DNA of 64,000 bases, taken from assembly GCA_951406725.2 (NCBI GenBank), contig OX597834.1, forward strand, positions 44,888,001 through 44,952,000. The letters run 5' to 3'. Source of the DNA: Octopus vulgaris. Taxonomy: Eukaryota. Within the stretch, counting starts at the first letter, position 1. Every line of letters begins with the position of its first letter. Below, in pieces: positions 38,033 through 53,599 of this stretch. Below the pieces are notes generated by a model. That model was not told the origin of the DNA and did not search any database. It saw nothing but the letters and a program-made list of their open reading frames with translations. Made by a program: the position numbers and the translations under genes.

Positions 38033-38081
38033 AATATTATATGAAAAATCTCGACGCCTACGAGATTTTTCATATAATATT
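38033..38081. other. Perfect 21-bp hairpin with 7-nt loop
   Basis: AATATTATATGAAAAATCTCG-ACGCCTA-CGAGATTTTTCATATAATATT. Confidence 0.9.
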
Positions 38082-38284
38082 CTAGAATATTTCTAAATGA
38101 GAAAAATTAGGAAATGATTTGAAGATTTCAATAAGTGTTTAAACTTAACATTGATATGAACAAAAGCTGAAATGTAATTTCCTAAGATATCTAAACATAG
38201 ACTAATAAAGGTGGCAAAGTTTGAGCTGGTTATATTTATTAATTTTATTTCAGAATCAACTGTGCAGACGTAATTTTGTGGGAC

Positions 38285-38376
38285 GAAGCTAGCTTGGGAA
38301 CAGTTTATGGCTACGGGTTCAGTCCCCGTCCACATAAGCTTGGGCAAGTGTCTTGTACTATAGCTTCAGGCCGACA
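38285..38376 (+). mobile_element. Family B SINE 5' fragment
   Basis: GGGTTCAGTCCC...CTTGGGCAAGTGTCTTGTACTATAGCTTCAGGCCGAC. Confidence 0.7.
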
Positions 38377-38927
38377 GCGATCCTGAGAACAAAAACCTTA
38401 GCACTTGGCCAGGCACATTCACACACACACACACACACATACACATTTGAAATTCGTTTATAGTATCGATAGTGGCATGCAAATGCTTATCCCTTGGTTC
38501 CGTTCTCATAATTGTTTCGCTAATCCAATCACAACAATACAAAGTATGTTGCCCTTAAAACGGTGTTTGTGCATTCACTGAGAATACCGAACTGTCTTAT
38601 AGAGGATCTTGTTTTTAGAAATTCCCAATAATTTATGAATACACAAACTGTGAAGTCAATTTTGCAATGAGATGAAATTAGTTATCCGATAGTAAGAATT
38701 CCAATAAAGTAGCCCCGAAAAGGGCTTTAATGCATTCCCAGAGTATTTAGAACATAGGAGGAAATACTAATAAGGTGTGTATACTAAAATCGTCGTGAAG
38801 CATTTTACGTAATAATATGAATCCAAATTCGTTTAGGTCGAAGACGATCTTCGGCTATTATATAAACATACAACAACAATATATATGTATATAAATTAAA
38901 CAACAAGGTCTTCAAATTCTATGACAC

Positions 38928-39365
38928 ACCATCATCATCATCATTATCCTCCTCCTCCTCCTCCTCCTCACCATCATCATCATCATCATCATCACCATTA
39001 TCACTGTTATTAACACCTCATGACTATCATCATCATCAACATCACCATCATCATCGTCACCCTCATCATCATCCACATCCTCCTCCTCCTCCTCATTATC
39101 CTCCTCCTCATCATCATCGTTATTACCATCATCACCATCATCACTGTTATTAACACCCTCATGAATATCATCATCAACATCCACACCACCAACACCAACC
39201 TTCCGCCCTCTGTTCCATCCTTCTTTTTACAAGCACTAACACCCCCACATCCCCATCAACATCAATAACATAATCATCTTCAATATCACAGTTATCATCA
39301 TCATCATCATCATCATAAATACCTCCACCACCAACGACAAAAATCATCATCACCGCCATCAACTT
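38928..39365. repeat. (CAT/CCT)n low-complexity region with internal duplication
   Basis: ATCACTGTTATTAACACC(C)TCATGA occurs at about 39000 and again at about 39140. Confidence 0.8.
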
Positions 39366-39967
39366 CATGATGCACCTCTACAGCTTTACTCCTCTTACTG
39401 TCTCTTTCCCCTTCACACTCGACCTCCTCCTCTTCATCAAGTTCAAATTTTTCACCACCAGTATCGTCCATAAAATTCCAATTCCTTAATTTCCCTCTTC
39501 ACGTCTCCTTTCCACCAACTTCATCAACCAAACTATTCTCGCCACAAAACACAGGTCATTAACCGGAAAACCTGTCAAACAATCACCAAACTCTCAAATA
39601 GAATCCCATTTCAAATACTACAAGACATTCATTTACATCAAGGTGACAGGACGCTTTTAGTTGTCATTTATTAAAAAAAAGAAAAACGGGGTCTGTGAAT
39701 GTCTGTGAATGGTGGCGTTAGTATTATGGCAGCTTCATTCTCGCAATGCAATAATTTTTACGCCCGTGAAGAAAATAAAGAACAAACCCAGCAACAAAGC
39801 ATCGGACTTATTCTTTAGAAATGTTTTCCTCTGTGCATTTTAATTAAAATGTGCGAGAATATGTGTGTGTGTGTGTGTCTTAGTGTGTATCTATTTATAT
39901 ACACGTGTCAATAAACACACACATATGTATGTTTGTATGTATGTATTAATATGTATATATATATATC

Positions 39968-40192
39968 ACGTCACGTGACCGTCCAGGCTTCGCATTGTTT
40001 TAGCCTTCAAATGCCGCCACCTCGCTGACTAAGCGAGCAGGCCAACAGAAGAGAGGGTGAGTGAAAGTTGTGGCGAAAGAGTACAGCAGGGATCGCCACC
40101 AACCCGTGCCAGAGCCTCATGGGGCTTTAGATGCTCATTAAACACTCACAACGCCTGGTCTGGGAATCGAAACCGCGATCCTACGACCGCAG
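39968..40192 (-). mobile_element. tRNA-derived SINE (family D), 5'-truncated
   Basis: The reverse strand CTGCGGTCGTAGGATCGCGGTTTCGATTCCCAGACC has an anticodon arm and B box, followed by a unique body. Confidence 0.6.
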
Positions 40193-40209
40193 CAAATATT
40201 CTGCTCAAT

Positions 40210-40623
40210 GCCACAGATGTGTTTGTCAGTTGTTTGACCATAACCAGTTGAGCATGTCTCTTAGTGGCTGACGATATGTGCATCTCTAATCATGAGCAGA
40301 AGTAGTGGGAGAGCATCATAGCCATGTGTTGAGAAGAATTCTTTGAGGTTTGGATAATTCACCTCAGGAAACATGGGTGTTCAACATCCTTAAACAGCCC
40401 TTATTCAGGGACCTTTTGGGCGCTATGAGCCACTCGACCAGAAAAAAATTCTAACTGGGCCCCACCTGCAAAGTCATGTGCTGTTTATCTTCATATGAAA
40501 TCACCATGTTGTGCACATATGGTTGTGATGCATGTGCCTAGTGTACCCTTATCAAACGAGTAGTCATGATGGGTATACTTTACCCCATTGTCACTTAGAA
40601 GGCATGCACTGCTCTCTCACTCA
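40210..40623 (+). mobile_element. Unclassified retroposon-like segment ending in (TAA)n
   Basis: A comparatively GC-rich block with no ORF that ends abruptly in a long TAA array. There is only one copy in the window, so the call is tentative. Confidence 0.35.
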
Positions 40624-40638
40624 ATAATAATAATAATG

Positions 40639-40915
<277 letters not shown>

Positions 40916-40952
40916 GTTAAGAGTGGCGAAACCTTACTAAGCCTATGGCCTG

Positions 40953-40984
40953 ACAATAACAACAATAACAACAACAACAATAAC

Positions 40985-41022
<38 letters not shown>

Positions 41023-41032
41023 CAACAACAAC

Positions 41033-41067
<35 letters not shown>

Positions 41068-41134
41068 CAATAATAATAATAATAATAACAGTAACAATAA
41101 TAATAATATTAATAATAATAACAGTAACAACAAC

Positions 41135-41224
<90 letters not shown>

Positions 41225-41231
41225 AATAATA
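40953..41231. repeat. (TAA/CAA)n array
   Basis: Seen directly in the sequence. Confidence 0.95.
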
Positions 41232-41562
41232 TTGCTCCAAAATATTTAAGGTTGTTGAAGTTTTAATTGAAATTAATCAAGAAAAATTATATGAAAAAAA
41301 AAACACAAAGACACTCAGCAGAAAATATGAAAAATCTCCATAAAACAGATGAATTGTTATGAAAATTTAGTGAAGGTATTAATAGAATCTGACAGTTTAG
41401 GACCGAGATTAGAGTAAATATTAAATGTGGGAAAGAGGAAATGGTAAAGACAAAAAAAAAAGAAAAAAAGAAAGAAAAACAGAAGCAAAAGCAAAAGACA
41501 CTCGTTCAAAGCGGAAAGAACCTAGTTATAATAGTGGTGGTAGTGTTAGTAGTAACGTGAGA

Positions 41563-41845
41563 AGGAGAAGAAGAAGAAGAAGAAGAAGAAGAAGAAGAAG
41601 AAGAAGAAGCGGAAGAAGAAGAAGTAGAAGAAGAAGAAGAAGAAGAAGCGGAGGAGGAGGAGGAGGAGGGGGAGAAGGAGAGGAGTAGGAGAAGGGGAGA
41701 AGAAGAAGAAGAAGAAGAAGAAGAAGAAGAAGCGGAGGAGGAGTAGGAGAAGGGGAGAAAAGGAAGAAGAAGAAGGAGGAGGAGGATGAAGAGGAGAAGG
41801 GGAAGAGGAGGTGGAGGAGGAGAAGAAGGGGAGGAGGAAGAGCAG
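41563..41845. repeat. (GAA/GGA)n purine array
   Basis: Seen directly in the sequence. Confidence 0.92.
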
Positions 41846-43224
41846 TAGAAGATAAACAACAACAGCAACAACAATTAAATGATGAATTACATATCGCTGA
41901 CGGGGATAACGATGAAGATGATGATGATGACGACGACGACGGCGACGATGATGATGATGATTACTACGACGACGGTGTTGATGATGATGAAAAAAGGAGA
42001 AGGAAAAGAAGTAAATGATGAGGAGATGGATGAGGATGAGGATGAAGGAGGAGCAAAAGAGAAGGGTAAGGAGAAGAAGTGCGCCTAATTACCAGAAAAA
42101 AGGGAGAAAAAAGGGAGTAGAACTATGAGAAAGTCTTGGATGAAAAAACCGTTGGAAAAAAGATGATTGGGAATTAAGTGTGGTGTTTCCTCCTAACTCT
42201 GCAATTATCCCAATGCAATGTGTAATGACAATTAAGAGAAGTCAGGCTAATATGTAAAAAGCAGGAACAGGAAAAAGAAAACGAGAAAGTAAGAAAAAAA
42301 AAACGAACAGAAGTTAATAAAATATAATAAAAATAACAACTCAGGCAAAAAAAAAAGTCAACACCCGAAAAAACAAACAAACGCGATTCTGGGAAAAAAT
42401 ATATAATTAAAATTATAAAAATCCTTTCTTGGATTATGTTGATTAGTTTCTGGAAACTAAATAAATAAATGAAGAAAGAATTGAAATCCATGAAAAATGA
42501 TAAAGATTTCCTATTTTGTTTTCTACACATTGACTTTTGTAGGTTGAATTATGTAAAATGTTAGAGAAAAAAACTTAGCTGTTTCTTGCAATACGCGATT
42601 CTACAGCAATGCATCCATCTAAAGCAAAACATTTTTCTGGGCCCTTAAAATACTATTGTGAATCTCCAGTATAATGTTTTGTTTTGCGGAGACCCCAAAA
42701 TCTTATATGGATCTTCAGGTACCACATGGACTCCAATTCAGAACCACTGGTATAGGACGGAAGAAATACCGCTAAGAACTTTTCTCGGTGTGCTAAAAGA
42801 TTCATGAAAGCAATTTCAAATTTTGGCACAAGGACAGCAATTTCAAAGATGAAGTGAAGTCTATAACCTCAGCCACAGTGTTCAACTAGTACTTATTTAT
42901 AGCCCTCGAAATGCCAATGATTTTGCCAGCTCGAGGCCTTGTTAAGTCTTTTAATATTTTACAAAATGGAAGTACGGGACAAAGATAGCTGAAAAGAGCG
43001 CTACCTGTCTTCTAGTGAGAATAATAAACGCGGTTCCCAACCCTCAGAAATGTGAATGGTAATAGTCCCGATTTTGGGTAGCAATAACTCTACAGTCTTG
43101 GTTCATAATTTAACTAGTGATGGTGTCCCGATGAAAGTACTGATTGGTAGCTAACCTTAAGGTACATATCTTAATAAAGAGTGACTATGTCGAATACGAT
43201 TGTGCAAATGGGTCTAGAGCCAAC

Positions 43225-43410
43225 GGCGAAAGACTGTCACCCGGCAGATGTCTTGAAGCTGAGCAGTGCAGACCCGGTTGTCATCCAGAGACTACTTATA
43301 TTAAAAGTCAGAGAAAAATGGTGGGATTTGGAGGCAAAGGGAACTGAAATTGAGTGCTGGATCAGAAGTGAATCCAGTAGAAGGAAGTTCGAACACTGCA
43401 GGAAATCAAA
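43225..43410 (+). mobile_element. Possible RNase H relic of a non-LTR retrotransposon
   Basis: DVLKLSSADPVVIQRLLILKVREKWWDLEAKGTEIECWIRSE followed by PVEG in another frame loosely resembles ...I.F.WIPSH.G.EGNE.AD. Confidence 0.33.
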
Positions 43411-45459
43411 ATATGATGAAATAGGACACTTCGAGATGAGTGAGCAACCGACCAGGCAGGAGCAAGAAGAACAAATGAGAGGCTGACTTAGAAATTGAAG
43501 AAATAAAAAACGAAAATAGGAAACAATGATAATAAAGCACCAGCAGACAGCACGCCTAGCGAGGACAGAATGCATTCTCAGCAAATGAAACTGGAGCAAT
43601 GGGAAGGGCTATATTACAAGAATACGATGATGATGGAAAGGAACGCTGAAGTACATAAGATTGTAAAATATCGACTATGGCAGTCATCGTCGACTAACGA
43701 CGAAATATTTATTTTGAAGATAGTACGTGCATGTTGCGTTTAAACTGACAGCACGATATCGGTATGGCGACCCATATCTATTTACTCATTAAATCTGTCC
43801 AAAACTTGGAGTAAGTTAATATACCACAGGGAAACACAAGTTCTAATATTTTCGAAAGGGTGCTTCTCAAATAAAAGCCGTTATTGAAACGTTAGTACTC
43901 GATCAATATTCCACGCAGCATCCAAACATAAAAATAAAACCTTATTCAAGCGTAATGTTCCTAATTTCACAAATTGATATTTACAGACGTTGAGCATCAC
44001 GAGTTTCCTGGGATCATGGGATGTTTTTACGAAATATAAGAAATTTACTTAATTAATAATTTCACCAGTAAATGTTTCCGATACATTACAGAAATTCATT
44101 TGGGGTTTTATTTTACTTTCAACCACAAAATACATATAATTGCTTTCTGAAATTTGCTTTCTCTTCCAGACATCTTTGCTAAATTTTTTTCAAGCTAGTT
44201 TCGCGTCCAGAAAATTATTATTTTTTTTTGCATAAATGATCTAATCAGTTTTCGAATTATCAGAAGCAAAGAAAGAAATAAGTAGACAGCAAGCCGAAAG
44301 ATCTTTCATTACTGATACATAATTTAAAACTTGACAACGGAAGAGAGTAGAATTAACAGATTAGTGTTGTGGATAGAATACTTTTTCACGTCTCTCTTTG
44401 TGTGTGTGTGTATGTGTGTGTGTGTGTGTTGTGTATGTGTGTGCATTGCTTTCCATCTTTGTTTATTCCCCCCCCCCCCCGTCTTCTGTTTTCTCAGATT
44501 ACCGCCATTTACCTTTCCCGTCTTCAACTTTTTTTCGTCTCTATTTTTTTTGCTTTTTACTTTTCTACTTTTTTTTCTATTTCATTCTTTCATTCATTCG
44601 TTTTAAGTTAACGTGATTCTCTCGGTTTAGAAAATGTAGCGGCGTCGAACGGTTTTGTGACGACGAAGATGACAACGATGATGATGACAGCGATAACGAT
44701 GAAGGTAACTGTGATGATGAAGATATTCATGATAAAGATGATGATGATGATGAGTTTTCTATGTAGAGAAGGTATTTTTTATCTAGCATGCTTACAGTTA
44801 TATTTTAATGGGAGGATAGTGTAGAAGTCTCTGATTGCTTTCTGCCCGTTAATTTATTATTTACTCTTACCCCTGATTCACATAACCTATGTAACATGCT
44901 AGACAAAGGGCTGACCCACGCAAAACCGAGGCATATCTATAGAAGGTTGGATCTACATGACACAGGTCTAGAAGCTAGCGCTCCTCTGAATTTTGTGTAC
45001 GTTACCCACAAGCGCCATAACTGACCCCTTAATAACTACTGAACAGAGGGGACTGTGAGTAATGGTGACTAAGGGAGAAATTCCATACTTCTCGAAAGTT
45101 CTGAAACCCCGAACTAGAGTGTGGCCATCGTATGGCGATTAACGTTTTATCGAAGGTATTATTTATGTTTATGATGGCAGAGAATAAAATAAACAGACAC
45201 CACGTTGGTTCGTTAATTAAGTGAAGACTTAGAAGTGTCTATAATGATGTATAACTTTATTATTGTAACTGATATTGCCATAAGGATAATAAAAGAAATT
45301 GCTTAGCACCAGAAAGTTCATATATTCAATTTTTCGAATGTTTTATGTTTTATCGAATTAAACAAAATAAATAAATGAATAAAAACAGCTGTATATGAGT
45401 AATAAAACTAAAGACAGAGCAAAGAGTCTGGTCTATTAATAAAGCCAAAAGTCTTTGCC

Positions 45460-47250
45460 AGAGACATGTTCTTAATATCGAAGCTAAATGAGTGTCAATG
45501 GTAAACTGTTTCCATTGGTAACTCAGTCAGAGATTTCCATATTTTCGATATTTTAATATCAATGGTTTAATTAAACAATGCTGAAACATCAGAATTGCAT
45601 GAGATAGTCTTTCCTGCTGTTTCTGATTCCAGTCTTAGCTGAGACGGTGTAAAGGTACACATATTACAGGTGTCCCACCTTTTTTCAGGCACAGTGTAAA
45701 CCGATGTGACCGCTTTGGAAAATGACGGGTGCAAGTTGAGACTTATTTCGCTGCCATAACTAGCAAATTCAACAAACGTGTACAGGGTCACCCTTGATTT
45801 ATATTCAGGATTCGCTTCATACCCGCTTTTAAACATAAATATCTCGTATTCACGGTGGATACGTAGATACTTTCTACGTACTTGCCATAGAATTCTCACG
45901 GCCGAATGCACAGGTGCTTCTTAGAAGACTTTTATTGACTGGGACTCTGGGATTGTAGTGCCTTCGGGTCTTTTATAAGCAGGCTGTAGTGCATTTGTGA
46001 GTTGACAGTGCAGGGTCTTGAAATTTTCCTGCATTAAACTGCTCATTGTTTATTTCGGCCCACTTGTATATCGAATTCAGGTCCCGCTGTAAGCTTATGA
46101 CGTCATCTTGGCTTTTTGTTGACTGTGATAATTTTGTGTCATCGGCATAGTTGGTGCCAGTGGCTGTCGGAGTGACGGTGGGCATATCTAAGAGAGCTAT
46201 TATGAGCAGTAACGGCCTCAGATTATTCCCTCTGGGGAACACCACTTAGGATTTGAGTTTCCTCAGAAAGACCACAGTTGTCTGCAAATAACTGAGTTCT
46301 GTCTTTAAGGAAGTCATGCAGCAACTCTCCCAGTTTACCAGTAATGCCAAGGTCTCGTAGCTTATGAAATATCATGCCGTCATCTACCTTCTCAAATGCC
46401 TTTGCAAAGTCAAAGTATATCACGCTGACATCTGAATGATCAAGCGGCTGTTTCAAAATCCAGTCATAGCGCTGTAGGAGTTGTGTGAGACAGCTTCTTC
46501 CTGGACGGAAGTCATGCTGTATATTGGTGTGTATGTCATTTTCTTCTAGAAATATTATCAACTTCTTTCTGAGGATTCGCTTATGAGGTTACTGATATGT
46601 GATGTGAGAGAGAATGGCTTAGCACCTTCGGCTTCTCCTCTGCTATCCTTTGTGGATTGGACATATAATGCATTGTTTCAATTTTTTAGGAAGTTTACCA
46701 ATTGCAAGGAACTGTTGGAAAAGTATCAGAAGTGGTTTCGCTGAAGCCTGCTTATATGGCTTTAGGAGAATAGCTGAAAAACATCAAGGCCAATTGTGGA
46801 GCATGAAATCATTTCATATTTTCCCGCTCTAACATTTATCTCTTCAATGTTGATGTAATCGATGGCTGGAATTACTCAGACGGAATTACTCTGCACGTGT
46901 TCGGGGTGTGGAGAGTGAAGACACCTTTAAGTTGATCACTGAGTATCTCACTCCTCCCCCTTGGGCCTGCTGTCAGTGAGTCATTCCCTTGGAACCATGG
47001 TCCTATTTTATATTATATTGTGTTTGTTTACTTTACGAATTTAAAAGTCTCTTTGGGATTTGTTTTTATGCTTTCCACAGTTCGCTTCTCTCTCCCTCCT
47101 CTTTCCATTTTGTGAGAGAGTCTGATTCTGTTTTCTATTTCTAGGAGTGTCCGTATTAAGACAGACTTCTCCTTGTCCTTCAGTTGCCTATTCAGCCATT
47201 TTGAGACTCTGATCTGCGTCTCATGAGGATTTTTCTGTCCCTGGAATTCT
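45460..47250 (-). mobile_element. CR1-type LINE ORF2 relic (reverse transcriptase pseudogene)
   Basis: The reverse strand gives IKTNPKETFKFVK, QHDFRPGRSCLTQLL, VIYFDFAKAFEKV, FLKDRTQ, SGVPQ, YADDTKL, LQRDLNSIYKWA and FNAGKF, with multiple frameshifts. The RT core spans 46600-46000; the 3' extent beyond about 45970 is less certain. Confidence 0.9.
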
Positions 47251-47336
47251 TGTTTGTCATATACGAAGTATAGCATGTATATGTCGGCATCTATACACAG
47301 AAATACATATGCATATATATCTGACAGTATATTAGC

Positions 47337-47396
<60 letters not shown>

Positions 47397-48111
47397 GTGG
47401 GTGTGTGTGTCTGTGTGTGTGTGTGTGTACGAATAGTTGTATACATAACTAAACATTTGAAGTGTACATCTATCAAAGTACCTATCTACATATCTATGTT
47501 TATATACAGAGAGAGAGAGAAAGAAAGAAAATGAGTGAGAGACAGGGAGAGGAGAACAGGAGAGAATGAGAGAAATACAGGCAAACATTCCAGCAAAATA
47601 TCAGACGTATATATTATACGCTTGTACACGCAGCAGAACTATGTTCAGATAAGCAAACAGACAGACACACATACACACAATTACAAACAAATTCGTACAC
47701 ACAAACTTACACATATAGACACCAAGGCACAAACACTCAGACACATACAAACAAGGAGAGTGAGAAACATATCTATTTATATAAACAGCTTAAATCTACA
47801 AAACTGGAACGGTAGAGTCACATAAACAAAACCATTGACATTTCCAAAACCTTCATCTTAAGTCCTCACTTGAAGAATTCTTTAAGAACTCAGAATCTGA
47901 TGCAGAAGCGAGTTTAATTTACCTTAAAACTGGAAGCAATTCTATCCTACTTAGAAACTATATAGCCAAACTCATATTTACACACGCGCGCACTCATACA
48001 TATACATACATGCACATATATATACATACATGCATATATGCATATATATATCTATATATAAATATATATACATATACATACATACATGCATATATATATA
48101 TATATATATAT

Positions 48112-48163
<52 letters not shown>

Positions 48164-49164
48164 ATGTATGTATATATATATATATATATATGTGTGTATG
48201 TATATATATATATATGTGGTGGGGTGTATCTGTGTATCTATATATATATGTATAAATGGAAAGATTCATATATACATATATGAATATACACAAGCGCACA
48301 TTATCTCCATACACATGCATATACATATATAGATATTTAATATATGTGTGTGTGTGTGTGACTCTGTGTACGTGAGCGTGTATGTATGTATATATATGTA
48401 TGCGGGTATGTATGTATGAACAATATGTGTAGGCAGTTAGTTGGCTATGTAGGTATGCCAATATGAAACTAGCATAACATAAGGTTTTAATTACGGCGTA
48501 CTACCGATTCTAAGCTGCTCAAATTAAGCTGCTTTACACGTGGAACAATTTCTCCAAAGTTCGTATTATAAAGACTCCCTTACTACATATATAACAAAGA
48601 AATATGAACCAAATATTTTATTAGAAGTAAAAAAAAAAATGTTATATTATGAAACTTCTGTTTTAGTAAGGATTTCTTGTTTGAGGCTGGCTACCACTAC
48701 CTTTTCTCATGCGCAGGTGATCTCTGGGCCAGAATATTTCTAAAAGATTGAAAGTGAGAAACAAATGCATGCATGTAGGCATGTAACTAGATACTTATTT
48801 TGGAACACATGCATGGGTTTAAATTTGCGTAGTGAAGTGTCTGTGTGTGTGTATTTATACAGCGCAGAAATGTATGCATGTACGGATATCATGAACGTAC
48901 GTGCTTCCATACAAATGAGAACAGATATGCTCACATATATATGCAGATATACTCTATGTTTATATATATGTGCATGCTTATATATGCCTGTATATACATG
49001 CACACACACACACACATATATATATGCGTACATATATACACATATAAATATATATATATGTGCCTACATACATATATGTATATAAATTACATATATGTAT
49101 ATAGGTATACCCCTTATATATGCATATATGTGTATATCTATCTATCTATCTATCTATCTATATA

Positions 49165-49212
<48 letters not shown>

Positions 49213-49695
49213 TTTTATATATCATTAAGTTGTAACATTTAGTAATAGATACAATAACAATATTATTATTATTATCACCATCAACATCTTCATGATCATC
49301 ACAAGTTTCAGCTAAGGTATGTATAGCAATGAAAAGAATAAATTCGTAAGTACTAACAACAAAAGCGACAATAACTTCAACAATAATAACGCCCAGGTGA
49401 GAAAATTTGAAAGGTAAAAATCAATAAAATTCTTTGTGTATATAAAGTACTTTACTTTTTTTACAGACTTATATTTTAAAAATACGAACACTTCAAATGA
49501 AACGAGCTGTGTGTGTGTGAGGCAAGTGTTACTAAATATGTGCGTCCACGAGCTTATGTTTAATAATATGTGCGTATATGAATATATATATATAGATATA
49601 TAGATATAGATATAGATATATCTATATATATATATACACACATATATACTATATACATATAGATGTAAACATTTATATGCATCTGTTTGGTTATA

Positions 49696-49727
<32 letters not shown>

Positions 49728-49897
49728 TATATGTTTTCATATTAAATCATAGGGAAATAATCATATATACAACTTAATGATATATAAAAGGCAGATTTTG
49801 CGTTTTTAGTTTAATAAGAAATACACTTCTATTCCTCGTTTCAGTTTTCAAGTTTAGTATTAATCAATCATATTGCACATGTGTCTGGGAGAGAGGG

Positions 49898-49961
<64 letters not shown>

Positions 49962-50196
49962 CATATATGCAAATATCTACGCATATATACACATGTGTTT
50001 GTATGCGTCTGATGTTACTGACTTTGAAACGTATTTTATGTAAGAGCATAGAAGCACGTGTAAACATGCAAAAGAAAAATAAATGAAAAACTTGTGTATA
50101 TAGAAACATTCACACAAATCTTCACACACTCACGCATAAACATACACTCACATTTATATAGCTTAATATATCAAAAGTTATGTATATATATACATA

Positions 50197-50314
<118 letters not shown>

Positions 50315-50433
50315 CACGTATTTTGTGGCCATTAAGTATTTAGAAAATAACATGGATTGAAATTCGCAAACTTAACTAAAAATAATGTCTAAATAAATGT
50401 GTAAGTAGATTGATAAATGAATGAATAAAAAAA

Positions 50434-50468
<35 letters not shown>

Positions 50469-50847
50469 ATAGATAAATAAAGCTCAGAAAAATCTATTCG
50501 TCTAATTTTTTTGTTATTTCCTTCTTTACATTGAGTTGTTTATGCAAAACGATTCTACTATGGAAAACTTAAAAATACGGTAGGACAAGAGAAAGTAAAA
50601 AAAAATTCTTTCTATTTAAAGTATTATGCGTCGAAATATCTGTTTTTCATAAGAATCAAGGATTTTGAAAAACTCTTCGTCCGGTTGGTTTTTATATGTT
50701 ATTAGTATTTTCGTTATTCATTTAGTTATATATTTATTTATTGCTCTCGTTTGCATTTGTCGTTCGAAGACAACAAATGAGAAATATCTGATTAAATCGC
50801 GAAAAATAGTACTGCAAAATAGAAAATAAATGTAAAGAGAAATCATA

Positions 50848-51183
<336 letters not shown>

Positions 51184-52139
51184 TAGAATTTTTTCTCAAT
51201 GTTTGGTTCCAAAGAGAAAAAATATCACCACCTTCAAGAAGAAAAAATATTTAAATATTTTCCTTGCATTAAATATCTTGTGAATAACTTAACTCTTTTG
51301 TTTTCTCATATACACTTTCTCTCTGAAGACTTTCTTCACGAAAACAATCCTTTCCTAATCTATGTTCTTTTAGCAGCCACCCAAACCTGTATGTTTACCT
51401 CACCTAGTGTGTTTCTTGTATAATTATTTCCGTTTCTTTTGCTCGCGGTGTCTGTATAAGATCAAAACATGTCACAAGTTGTGCCCCCTTGTTATTTGCT
51501 GAAATGTCGAAGATAGTATGAAATATAATTTTCAATAATTCTCACCTCATAATTATATCTACTAAGCTTGAAACGACTTAGGTTACCCAATTCAGTGTTT
51601 TATTACATGTACGAGCCGTTTGACTGCAACCATCACGTATTCACGGCTTTAACAGTTTAGGCTATTGTTTCTTCACCCCCTTTTGCCTAAAAACCTCTTT
51701 CATTCCTATTTTACTCTTGCTGACCCTTATAGCAACTTGACGAGTAAATACCCGATTATAATTTTATAATAAAATATTGTTAGAAATTGTATTAAAAAAT
51801 TGTTTAATTACCTTGTGTGTATTGCATAAGTTTTACCAATATAATATTTAACAACAAAATCTTGTATGGAACTCAAGGACCATTTGGATTCCGGTTAAGA
51901 ACCATTGGTTTGGACAGTAAAATCTATAGCAGGACTTGTGGTTTTAGTGGGAAAAAAAATAAACAAAGGGAAAAATACAGGGAAGTAAAAAGTTAATGAC
52001 GCTTGAATCAGATTTGTATATCTATAGGTCCGCACAACATACACACATGCACAGAAGTACACACATACCCGACTGCATATAGAGACCAAAACATACTTAG
52101 AATAGCACACAGAGACACTAACACACACATGGTATCTGA

Positions 52140-52331
52140 CTTCGTGACAAGCTCAGCAATTTTGAGAGGAGAGTATTCGTTGATTCCATAGATACCAATA
52201 TTTGAGCAGAATTTATTGACCCTGAAAGGATGAAAGATATAATTCTCCTTGGTGCGATTTGAACACAGAATCTAAAAATAGTGCTAAGCATTTCGCCCGC
52301 CGTGCTAATGTTTCTGACAGCTCGCCGCCTT
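52140..52331 (-). mobile_element. Family A SINE, diverged
   Basis: TTGACCCTGAAAGGATGAAAG...GCTAAGCATTTCGCCCG...CAGCTCGCCGCCTT. Confidence 0.8.
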
Positions 52332-52583
52332 GTCGAAGATATATATATATATATATATATTTATGTGTGTGTGTGAACATGTATATGAATGTAGAAACAT
52401 ATGCGTGTATGTGTGGGTTTGTGTGTGAGTACGAGTGAGAGGAGGAAAGAAAGAAATGGACATTGAGTTTCCTGTTGTTAACTTGCATTTCTTGTGTTTG
52501 TCCTTACGGTTATCAAAGCACGAAGGATCTGGGTTTCTTTTTGACGTCTGCAAAACTTTGGAGCCGAATATCCAACTGTCTTA

Positions 52584-52670
<87 letters not shown>

Positions 52671-53599
52671 CGCGTACGTGCATGTGTGTGTATAGTATGC
52701 GTGTGACAGTGTGTGTGGCGCCATACATATGTTAGCAATTGTCGTATGGGTAAAACTGTATCAATCCATTCATTTTAGAAGCCATTTAGAATTATTGCAA
52801 TAATACCGATATCCAATCTTGCCTTTCCCTTGTTGATTAAATATTAACGAAGCTTAATAAAAAAGAATCTCCGTCCTCTGTTGGACACGAATGTTATAAT
52901 TGCGCTGAATCTCTAGGATTAAGACTTCTGAAAACGAAACTCCTGTCAAACATTAAAATGATAGAGGATTTGATGAGAGGATATAAACTTGATCCAAATT
53001 GTATTGGCGTTTCGTCTAACCGAAAATATTAGCTTGGTATTTCCAGATAAGGAAAGTAATTGAGAATCTTCAAACAGTTTCGATATCTTGAACAACAAAA
53101 GGAAACTTATCAGTTGGGTGAAAAGCAGAAATTAAATTAGAGGATTTCGTTTCATCAAAGATTCACTTTTAATAATATAAGTAAGTCCATATGCAAAGGG
53201 AGGTAAGATTTGTCGATTGCAATATTTTTATAACATTTATAACATGGATCTTTATAGCATCAGTATATTGTATCTTAGCATTCCTTTGGGCTGATTTCGA
53301 TTTCCAACTTCTAGTATGCATGCGTTTGTGGCGCCTGTTTGTATGTGTGCATAAATGTGTATATGCTTATATGTATATATGTATACGCACACTCATACAC
53401 CTCCACACTCACACATATAAATATATGGATATATAAATATATATATATGTGTGTGTGTGTGGGTAAAATATAAAATATAAAATTTCGCTTCAAATATAAT
53501 ATCCAGTGTATCTTGGCTAAAAATATCCTTATAAGAGCGTTAAATATCCTCAGTGTGACTCTCTCTATATATAGGTTTGCAGGAAGATGGGGACGTAGA

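Noticed and set aside
42640-42750. hAT-like terminus AGAACCACTG
   Set aside because: No matching second terminus or 8-bp TSD was found.
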